Part shown: positions 1 to 7,384 of the stretch, one piece after another
Position numbering within the stretch: position 1 is the stretch's first letter
Layout of the letters: the number at the start of each line of letters is the position of its first letter
From: Chitinimonas arctica
GTDB lineage: Bacteria; Pseudomonadota; Gammaproteobacteria; Burkholderiales; Chitinimonadaceae
DNA: 32,000 nucleotides
Direction: 5' to 3'
Assembly (NCBI RefSeq): GCF_007431345.1
Contig: NZ_CP041730.1
Coordinates: 1,061,715 to 1,093,714, forward strand
Position numbers and translations under genes: made by a program
The notes under the pieces: model-generated
Database searches by the model: none
What the model saw: the letters and a program-made list of their open reading frames with translations, nothing else
What the model was told of the DNA's origin: nothing

Positions 1-1152
1 ATCTACGCCTACGCGATGGGATTCCATCTGACCGGCGATATCAAGCTGCTGCGCCTGGCCCAAGCCGGCGTTGCCGATCTGCGCGAACGCGCTTTGGACC
101 GCAAGACCGGCAGCGCCGCCAGCTGGTACGAGAAGGGCAAACCCATGCCCGCCATCGGCTTGCGTACGGCACAGGATCTTTCCTACGCCGGCCTCGGCCT
201 GGCCAGTATGTATTACCTCACCCGCGACCCCCTGGTATTGGTCGACCTGATCAAGCTCAAGCAGCATATCTTCGCCAGCTACCGCGATGCCAAGACCGGC
301 CTGATCCGCTGGCAAGCCAAGGGCGGTAGCGAAGCCCAGCGCGAGGAACTGGTCGCCACCCTCGATCAGCTCAACGCCTATATGGTCCTGGTGGCCCCCA
401 TCCTGCCCGAGGGACCACTCAAGCAGCAGTGGCTGCAGGATATCGCCACGCTATCCAAGGCCATGGTCAGCCGCTTCCACGATGCGGAGCAAAGCCGTTT
501 CTGGGGAACACGCGGCCAGGCCGACAGCGAATCGGCCGACGGTCGTCACAATGACTTCGGCCATACGGTCAAGGCGTACTGGATGCTCTATCTGGGCGCC
601 CGCCTCAATCGCGACCAGTCATTGTCGGCTTTCGCCCGCGACGGCATGCGCAAGACGCTGGACCGGGCCTGGCTGAAAGACAGCGGCAGCTGGGGCGAAA
701 AGCTGCTCCCGGACGGGCGTACCGACCCGAACAAGAGCTGGTGGAGCTACGCCGAACTGGACCAAGCCGCCGCCACCCTCGCCATGCTGGAGGGCGATAA
801 GGCCGATCGCTGGAAAGCCGCCGGGGATTGGTGGTTGACGCATTTCGTGGATAGCGCGCGCGGCGAAGTCTGGGGCAGCCTACCCGCCGACGGGAAGGCT
901 GATACAACTCAACTGAAGCAGCATCATTGGAAGAACGGCTTCCATTCGATGGAACATGCGCTGGTGAACTACATCGCCTCCCAGGCCCTGGCCGACCAGC
1001 CTGCCACGCTCTATTTCGCACTGCCCAACAGCAAGCTCGCCAGAAACCTGACAGCCTATATGTTCGGCGGCCGCGAGATCAGCCGGCAGAATCTGAAGTC
1101 CGATGCAGGGGTGGTACAGCGGGTGGAATTTTCGCTGAAAACGGAGAAGTAA
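1..1152 (+). CDS. AGE-family (N-acylglucosamine 2-epimerase-like) sugar epimerase/isomerase, probably 5'-truncated by the window edge
   Basis: ORF 16..1152. The frame stays open back to nt 1 (IYAYA precedes the first Met), so the start is likely upstream. AGE-type motifs seen by eye: HNDFGHTVKAYWML and HHWKNGFHSMEHALVNY. High GC3 typical of the flanks. Confidence 0.65.
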   Translation: MYAYAMGFHLTGDIKLLRLAQAGVADLRERALDRKTGSAASWYEKGKPMPAIGLRTAQDLSYAGLGLASMYYLTRDPLVLVDLIKLKQHIFASYRDAKTGLIRWQAKGGSEAQREELVATLDQLNAYMVLVAPILPEGPLKQQWLQDIATLSKAMVSRFHDAEQSRFWGTRGQADSESADGRHNDFGHTVKAYWMLYLGARLNRDQSLSAFARDGMRKTLDRAWLKDSGSWGEKLLPDGRTDPNKSWWSYAELDQAAATLAMLEGDKADRWKAAGDWWLTHFVDSARGEVWGSLPADGKADTTQLKQHHWKNGFHSMEHALVNYIASQALADQPATLYFALPNSKLARNLTAYMFGGREISRQNLKSDAGVVQRVEFSLKTEK

Positions 1153-1364
1153 AACTTGGCATATCCATGGGTATCCCGGTTTCCACCGGGGTGCTCATGC
1201 AGCCCTGCAAGCCGCGCCACTGACCGATCTCGCAACAAGCCAGCGCATTTGCTTCCATTTCTTCAGGCACATCTGCAATACTGGCTCCCCAGGTTGCCGA
1301 TCCCAAAAGCGCGGTCTAACATGCGATAGGGAATGTTTTCAATTGTTTACCGGAGGGTTTACCA

Positions 1365-1619
1365 ATGAAATACACGCTTCTTGTCGCTACGCTGCTCGCT
1401 GCCACCGTGCCATCGGTCTATGCCGCTGAAGCCGCCGCAGCATCCACTACCGGAACGACCGCAGGTACCACCGCCGCAGGCGCGGGTGCAACGGCCGGCG
1501 CCACCGCCGCAGTCACCACTTCCACCCTGGTTGCCGTAGGCGCGGGCGTTGCCGCAACGGTAGCCGCCACATCCAATTCGAACGACTCGTCGACGACCCA
1601 CAGCACGCCCACTCACTGA
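1365..1619 (+). CDS. Small secreted Thr/Ala/Gly-rich low-complexity protein, YjbE/GfcA-like
   Basis: ATG at 1365 with a GGAGGG Shine-Dalgarno 7 nt upstream. Signal peptide MKYTLLVATLLAATVPSVYA|AE. The mature part is almost only A/T/G/V/S and ends SNSNDSSTTHSTPTH. It sits directly upstream of a YjbH-family gene, as yjbE and gfcA do in E. coli. Confidence 0.6.
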   Translation: MKYTLLVATLLAATVPSVYAAEAAAASTTGTTAGTTAAGAGATAGATAAVTTSTLVAVGAGVAATVAATSNSNDSSTTHSTPTH

Positions 1620-1650
1620 GTCGGGCGATGGCCGGTGTAACGTATCTGTG

Positions 1651-1684
1651 AACGAAATAGCCACGATATCGTGGCTATTTCGTT
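1651..1684 (+). repeat. Perfect 34-nt palindrome (17+17 nt) between the yjbE-like and yjbH-like genes; candidate intrinsic terminator/attenuator or operator
   Basis: AACGAAATAGCCACGAT|ATCGTGGCTATTTCGTT equals its own reverse complement (checked base by base). As RNA it gives a 15-bp stem with a 4-nt loop, followed by TTCTCC. The 3' arm is U-rich (CUAUUUCGUUUUCUCC). It lies 32 nt after the stop at 1619. Confidence 0.7.
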
Positions 1685-1729
1685 TTCTCCGCTTGCGATA
1701 TCCCCCCACCCCTTCGCTACAGTCGACTA

Positions 1730-4534
1730 ATGCCCAAACGCCCCCGCTCCGCATTACTCCTCCCTTTATTGATTTCCAGTCTTTTTGCCCAGGCCGACAG
1801 CAGCCTAGGCGGCCAAAGCGGCCTGATCCAGATGCCGGATGCGCGTATCGGGCCGGATGGCACCTGGCGTTTAGGCTACAACCAGCAATCGCCTTACCGG
1901 GCGATCTGGAGCAGTATTTCACTGATGCCCTGGCTGGAAGCGTCGGGCCGATTTACCCGGGTTTCGGGCGTGAAAGGCTTCGCGGTGGATCAGGGCTATG
2001 GCGACTACGGCGACAAAGCCTTTGCCGCCAAACTCAAGCTGCACGAAGAAGAGGGTTGGCTTCCCAGCGTGGTGCTTGGTATCGACGACTTCGAGGGTAC
2101 CGGCTTGTTCAGTTCCCAGTACCTGGTTGCCAGCAAGCAGATCGGACCGCTGGACGTCAGCCTTGGCTATGGCAAGAAGCGTATCGACGGCGCTTTTGGC
2201 GGGGTACGCTATGCGCTGCCGTTTGCGGAGAATGTGCGATTGGTGGCCGAATATGAGGCAAACAATTACGCCAATGCCCAAGGCAAGGCCGCCAATCGAA
2301 AGAAAGGCGTGAATGTCGGCGTCGAATACAAATGGGGCTGGCTGAACGGCCAGCTGAGTCGCCTGAACGATGGGACGGTCGGCGCCAATCTGTTTGTCTC
2401 GGTACCGTTGAATCAAAAGGAATTCATTCCCAAATTCGACGAGCCGGCGGTCATGGCCAGCCTGCCGCCGCGGCCGACCGAGCAACAATGGCACAACGAT
2501 ACGCAATACCGTCGCAATCTACTGCGCGCGCTCAGCAAGCAGGACTTTCGCGATATCCGTTTCAATCTTTCCGGTACCACCCTGCAGCTCAGCCTGACCA
2601 ATACGCGCATCTCCAAACCCAGCCGCATCGCCGGGCGCGCGGCGCGCATCGCACTCGCCCATGCGCCATTCGGCACCCGCGAAATCGTCGTCACCATCGA
2701 GCAGAACGGTAGCAGCATCCAGAGCTATGAGTTCACCGATACCGATGCCTTGTCGAACTACTTCAACGGCTCCCTATCGCGTGAAAAGCTCGCCCGCACC
2801 ATCACCATTCGGCAACCCAGCCCAAACGAACAACTGCAAAAGGACGAAGCGGCCGAATTGCTGACAGCGCTGGACGATATGCGTTACAGCACCGAGCTGC
2901 AAGCTGGCGGCGGCAGCGGCGAACTGGGGCAACTGACGATACGCGATACCGGTTTGAGCAATCTGCGGATCTCACCCAAGATAGGTACCTACTTCAATGA
3001 CCCCAGCGGGGTACTGAAATACGATCTGTACCTGCATAGCGGCCTGACCGCGCGACTGGCACGCAATACCTTCGTCGAGCTGGCGGCCACGGCGACCGTA
3101 CTGGAAAACGTCTCCACGGTTACCCAGGCCTCCAACAGCGAGTTGCCGCATGTGCGTTCCGATATCGCCGACTACAAGCGCGACGGCCGGTATACCTTGT
3201 CGCGCGCAGTAGTGAATCAGTATTTCCATCTGGACAAGGGGCTCTATGGCCGCGCCAGTGCCGGGCTATACGAAGAAATGTACGGCGGCGTGGGTGGGCA
3301 GGTGCTGTACCAGCCGGACGGCGCCCCGGTGTCGTTCGACTTGGCCGTCGATTGGCTGAAACAGCGCGGTACCGCGGGTGATTTCCGCTTCCGCGACTAC
3401 AAAACCACCACGGCCATTGCGTCGCTGCACTATCGCATCCCCAGCCAAGGGATTACCGCCACGGTGCGGGCCGGCCGCTTCCTGGCCCGCGATGAAGGCG
3501 CCCGCTTTGAAATGTCGCGCCGCTTTCAATCCGGTGTCGAGGTGGGCGCTTGGTATACCGTTACCAACGGACATGACATCACCTCTCCCGGCACCCCGTC
3601 CAAGCCCTATCGCGACAAGGGTATTTTCATGACCGTGCCGCTCAATATCATGCTAACCCGCGATACCGCCGCCACCGGCAGCTACGGCCTGAGTCCGTGG
3701 ACGCGCGATGTGGGGCAGATGGTCAACTCGCCCGGCGACATCTATTCGCATGTCTCGCGCTATTTCAGCAACCGCGAAGATCATGACGGCCTGGTCGAGC
3801 TGGGCGACCATGACGACAACTACCCCATGCAGCGCCCCACCAGCCTGTTCTTCCGACGCCCCTTGCATGACTTCGGCGCCCTGTTGGCCAGTGGTGCGGC
3901 GGATACGGCCAGCATTAGCGCGCTCAAGAAAGGGGCGGTGGCCGGCGGGATGATCTGGTTGGCCAGCCGCCTGGACGATAAGGTGGATCGCAGGACCAGC
4001 AGGGCCGAGCCAAGCAAGCGGGAGCGTTCCACGATCAAGCTGGGTAACGCCCTGCCGTGGGCAGGCTTAGCCGTTTCCGGCGCGCTGGCCACCTACGAGG
4101 GCGACGATAGATTGAGTAGAACCGCCTACTCGGCGCTGCAGGCTGGCCTTGCCGCCGGCGCCTTGTCGGAAGCCGGCAAATGGGCTTTCGGGCGCGCCCG
4201 GCCCAGCACCGAAAAGGGCCATGGCAACTTCGACGGTTTCAATACCAAGCGGGCGCAACATAGCTTCCCCTCCAGCCATGTGGCCGTCGCGACCGCCGTC
4301 GTCACGCCTTTTGCCCAGGAATACAATCTGCCGGGCCTCTATGTACTTCCCGGCCTCACGCAATATGCCCGCCTGCGGGGTAGGGAACATTGGTTTTCGG
4401 ATGTGATGGCAGGCAGCATGCTGGGTTATGCGGTAGGCAATTACGCTTGGGAATGGAATCGCAAGCGTAGCAAAAACCAACCGTCGATCCAGATCGGTGC
4501 GCAATCGGTCAATCTAAGCTGGGATCTGCCATGA
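1730..4534 (+). CDS. YjbH/GfcD-family outer-membrane polysaccharide-associated protein fused to a C-terminal PAP2 (type 2 phosphatidic acid/acid phosphatase) domain
   Basis: Signal peptide MPKRPRSALLLPLLISSLFAQA. The N-terminus GGQSGLIQMPDARIGPDGTWRLGY...LMPWLEASGRFTRV matches the YjbH N-terminal pattern. The C-terminal ~220 aa (about nt 3870-4534) carries all three PAP2 motifs: KWAFGRARP (KX6RP, nt 4178), PSSH (PSGH-type) and REHWFSD (HX3D). Confidence 0.8.
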   Translation: MPKRPRSALLLPLLISSLFAQADSSLGGQSGLIQMPDARIGPDGTWRLGYNQQSPYRAIWSSISLMPWLEASGRFTRVSGVKGFAVDQGYGDYGDKAFAAKLKLHEEEGWLPSVVLGIDDFEGTGLFSSQYLVASKQIGPLDVSLGYGKKRIDGAFGGVRYALPFAENVRLVAEYEANNYANAQGKAANRKKGVNVGVEYKWGWLNGQLSRLNDGTVGANLFVSVPLNQKEFIPKFDEPAVMASLPPRPTEQQWHNDTQYRRNLLRALSKQDFRDIRFNLSGTTLQLSLTNTRISKPSRIAGRAARIALAHAPFGTREIVVTIEQNGSSIQSYEFTDTDALSNYFNGSLSREKLARTITIRQPSPNEQLQKDEAAELLTALDDMRYSTELQAGGGSGELGQLTIRDTGLSNLRISPKIGTYFNDPSGVLKYDLYLHSGLTARLARNTFVELAATATVLENVSTVTQASNSELPHVRSDIADYKRDGRYTLSRAVVNQYFHLDKGLYGRASAGLYEEMYGGVGGQVLYQPDGAPVSFDLAVDWLKQRGTAGDFRFRDYKTTTAIASLHYRIPSQGITATVRAGRFLARDEGARFEMSRRFQSGVEVGAWYTVTNGHDITSPGTPSKPYRDKGIFMTVPLNIMLTRDTAATGSYGLSPWTRDVGQMVNSPGDIYSHVSRYFSNREDHDGLVELGDHDDNYPMQRPTSLFFRRPLHDFGALLASGAADTASISALKKGAVAGGMIWLASRLDDKVDRRTSRAEPSKRERSTIKLGNALPWAGLAVSGALATYEGDDRLSRTAYSALQAGLAAGALSEAGKWAFGRARPSTEKGHGNFDGFNTKRAQHSFPSSHVAVATAVVTPFAQEYNLPGLYVLPGLTQYARLRGREHWFSDVMAGSMLGYAVGNYAWEWNRKRSKNQPSIQIGAQSVNLSWDLP

Positions 4535-5217
4535 AACAGCTATTCATTGTATTGGCCTTCGCCTTGCCTTCCGCATTCGCCAATGCGGCGGATAGCTGCA
4601 AGGTACTGGACCCGGAACTGCACGGAAGCTACCAGGGGCCGTGCGACAGCGATGGCTATGCCAGTGGGCAAGGCCGGGCAAAAGGCCTGGCCGAGTATGA
4701 GGGCATGTTCAAGGCGGGAAAGAAGCATGGGAAGGGCGTGAAGACCTGGCCTGCGGTGGGGGACCGCTATGAGGGTGACTTCAGCGAGGATTTTCGCCAT
4801 GGCTGGGGTAAATACAGTTGGGGGGCTAAAAGCCAGTGGGCGGGGGAGCGGTATGAAGGGGGCTATCTACGTGACCGCAGGCAAGGCCAGGGAGCCTATT
4901 TCTGGCCTAATGGTGATAATTTCTCGGGCGAATGGCGAGACGACCTGCGCTATGGACAGACCGTGATGGAAATCCGCCGGAAGTTCAGCAAGGACTTGGC
5001 ACTCGCCGCCAGCCAGACTCCGGGAATGCAGCTTTGCCGAGAAGCGCGCTATGGTATTGCCAACAGGGTATTGCTGCGGGCGACCCTGGATCAAGCGGAC
5101 GCTACGCACCGAATCGTGCAATTGAGCAAGGAAAGCGCTCAAACCGGTTTGTACCCCGATGGCAGTGTGGATATCGCAAAGGAAATTGAGCTTTGGGCGC
5201 CTTGTTCGGCAGCTTGA
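4531..5217 (+). CDS. Secreted MORN-repeat protein
   Basis: The start ATG overlaps the upstream stop (ATGA at 4531-4534). Signal peptide MKQLFIVLAFALPSAFANA|AD. About four MORN repeats of YxGxxxxGxxxGxG type: YEGMFKAGKKHGKGVKTW, YEGDFSEDFRHGWGKYSW, YEGGYLRDRRQGQGAYFW, FSGEWRDDLRYGQ. Confidence 0.8.
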   Translation: MKQLFIVLAFALPSAFANAADSCKVLDPELHGSYQGPCDSDGYASGQGRAKGLAEYEGMFKAGKKHGKGVKTWPAVGDRYEGDFSEDFRHGWGKYSWGAKSQWAGERYEGGYLRDRRQGQGAYFWPNGDNFSGEWRDDLRYGQTVMEIRRKFSKDLALAASQTPGMQLCREARYGIANRVLLRATLDQADATHRIVQLSKESAQTGLYPDGSVDIAKEIELWAPCSAA

Positions 5218-5231
5218 TCACCACCAGCTTA

Positions 5232-5262
5232 GCGGCAGCAGCGGCAAGATCCCCGCTGCCGC
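5232..5262. terminator. GC-rich hairpin between convergent genes (possible bidirectional terminator, no U-tract)
   Basis: GCGGCAGC (5232-5239) pairs with GCTGCCGC (5255-5262). An alternative register is GCAGCGG/CCGCTGC. It lies between the stop at 5217 (+) and the stop at 5282 (-). No T-run follows on either strand. Confidence 0.3.
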
Positions 5263-5281
5263 ATGCATCCCGATCAATGCG

Positions 5282-7264
5282 CTAAGCGCTACCGCGCGCG
5301 GCGGCGGCGGTCGCAACAATCGTGGGCCTCGTCCGTAAAGCATCCATCATGATCACCGACGACGGTACGGGATCACATCCCGCGCAAAGGTAATCGTTCA
5401 TCTCACCCGATGGCTGAAACCCGGAGACACAATCCTTCAGTACTTCAAAGATGGTCTTTTGATCATGCAGACTGCAAGCGACCCGAAGCGTCTCAAGCGC
5501 CTTTTCCAGTTCTAACCATTCGATGAATCGCTCCTGCGCCTTCATGATCTTGGGGTGTTCAGTGCCGATCACATCGTCGCCGATCAGCAATTCCTCGTAC
5601 AGCTTTTCGCCTGGCCTTAGGCCCGTGAATACGATATCGATTCCCGCGCGCATGCCACTCTTGGTGGGCAGCACATCGAAACCACTGAGATGGATCATTC
5701 TTCGGGCGAGATCGATAATCCTTACCGGCTCCCCCATATCCAACACAAATACTTCGCCGCTCTTACCCATCGCTCCGGCCTGAATAACCAATTGAGCCGC
5801 TTCCGGAATAGTCATGAAATAGCGGGTGATTTCGGCATGGGTCACGGTAACCGGGCCGCCTTCCGCAATCTGTCGCCGGAAAAGCGGTACAACCGAGCCG
5901 GACGATCCAAGTACATTGCCGAAACGTACCATCGCAAAGCGAGTACGTACCTTCGGATCCGCGGTCATGGCTTGAAGGACCAATTCAGCCATGCGTTTGC
6001 TGGCTCCCATGACATTGGTAGGGCGCACCGCCTTATCCGTGGAAATCAGCACAAAGGTGGCCACACCTGCCGCAACCGCCGCCCGCGCGGTCGAAAGCGT
6101 ACCAAACGTATTGTTCAGGATACCTTCCGTAATATTGAATTCGACTATGGGAACATGTTTATAGGCGGCCGCGTGATAAACCGTATTGACGCCGTAGCGG
6201 CGCATAATACGTTCCACCCTATCTTGTATCTGCACCGAACCGAGTACCGATACCACTTCGACCGACAAGTCCAGGTCACGAATGGATCGCTTCAACTCAG
6301 CATCAATACTGTACAGTGCAAATTCGCAAATCTCGTACAGGACCAGACACTTTGGTCCTTGAGCCAGTATCTGACGGCACAGCTCCGAGCCTATCGACCC
6401 ACCAGCTCCTGTCACCATCACCACACGTTCATGAATATCCGCCTGCAATAAGGCAACGTCGGGCGGCACCGCTTCCCGAGCCAGCAACTCATCGACGCTG
6501 ACTTCGCGAACATCGGCCAAGCTGATCTCGCCATTGACCAGATCCGCAACGCCGGGAATGGCCCGCACCTCCACCCTGAGATGTTCCAGGCGATCAATAA
6601 TGTTCAATCGCTGGGCATAGGGCGCAGACGGCATGGCCAATAACACCCTCGTTGCGCCGGTAAGCTTGACCACCGCCGAGATATCCTTGCTGGGATAGAC
6701 CTTGATACCCACGATGGACAAGCCTTGCTTGGACTTGTCGTCGTCCATAAAGGCAACCGGGTCGAACTCGGTACCGGCCCGTAAGGCTACCGCCAATTGC
6801 CGCCCCGCGTCACCGGCACCGTAAATCAGGATTTTGCGCCGATGATTGCGTGGATTCACGGCAGAGCGCAGCAGGGCTCGAACCATGTAGCGGCTGGCGC
6901 AGACATAAGACACACATAGGCACCAAAAAATGGGAAAAGCGGCCAGCGTAAAGAAATGGAAATCAAGCAGGCGCGCCAGGACCGCATACACAATCAGTGC
7001 AAACGACACGGCCCTGATAGCCGTTGCAACCGCTCGCTCATCCAAATAACGTATTACCGCACGGTAGAGCCCGGATTTAATAAACACGGGCAGGCTCACT
7101 ACCGACAACATAACCAGCTCGGACACTATACCCGTATCAAACCCCCAACTACCGGCATGCATGCAAACTGCAAGCCATAAACAAAGCGGCAGTAGGAAAA
7201 AATCCGCCAGCACCATAATAATGCTTTTTGCATAACGCGGGAGTCCAGCAATTCTTCTTAGCAT
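5282..7264 (-). CDS. Membrane-anchored UDP-GlcNAc 4,6-dehydratase, CapD/WbpM/PglF family (polysaccharide biosynthesis protein)
   Basis: 660 aa. The N-terminus has about 4 hydrophobic helices. Two Rossmann motifs are present: ILIYGAGDAGRQL and VMVTGAGGSIGSELCRQI. The length and architecture are typical of WbpM/PglF. Confidence 0.9.
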   Translation of the reverse strand: MLRRIAGLPRYAKSIIMVLADFFLLPLCLWLAVCMHAGSWGFDTGIVSELVMLSVVSLPVFIKSGLYRAVIRYLDERAVATAIRAVSFALIVYAVLARLLDFHFFTLAAFPIFWCLCVSYVCASRYMVRALLRSAVNPRNHRRKILIYGAGDAGRQLAVALRAGTEFDPVAFMDDDKSKQGLSIVGIKVYPSKDISAVVKLTGATRVLLAMPSAPYAQRLNIIDRLEHLRVEVRAIPGVADLVNGEISLADVREVSVDELLAREAVPPDVALLQADIHERVVMVTGAGGSIGSELCRQILAQGPKCLVLYEICEFALYSIDAELKRSIRDLDLSVEVVSVLGSVQIQDRVERIMRRYGVNTVYHAAAYKHVPIVEFNITEGILNNTFGTLSTARAAVAAGVATFVLISTDKAVRPTNVMGASKRMAELVLQAMTADPKVRTRFAMVRFGNVLGSSGSVVPLFRRQIAEGGPVTVTHAEITRYFMTIPEAAQLVIQAGAMGKSGEVFVLDMGEPVRIIDLARRMIHLSGFDVLPTKSGMRAGIDIVFTGLRPGEKLYEELLIGDDVIGTEHPKIMKAQERFIEWLELEKALETLRVACSLHDQKTIFEVLKDCVSGFQPSGEMNDYLCAGCDPVPSSVIMMDALRTRPTIVATAAAARGSA

Positions 7265-7384
7265 TGGTTGCCGCCTACCTATACAGGTTTAGTTATCGAT
7301 CAAATTCCCCCAAACAACTTCGCCTTCAATATAGAGCAGATCAAAGAAGTATCAACCTAGCATGCTTCACTGCAGAAAATTATC

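Noticed and set aside
1175-1190. Hairpin CCCGG-TTTCCA-CCGGG after the AGE-family gene as a terminator
   Set aside because: The stem is only 5 bp and no T-tract follows, so there is not enough support to call a terminator.
7265-7384. 120-nt gap upstream of the PglF/WbpM-like gene as a defined promoter or terminator
   Set aside because: The gap is relatively AT-rich and contains TATATT- and TATAGG-like hexamers. I could not identify a convincing -35/-10 pair or hairpin. It is noted only as a possible internal promoter in the operon-architecture finding.
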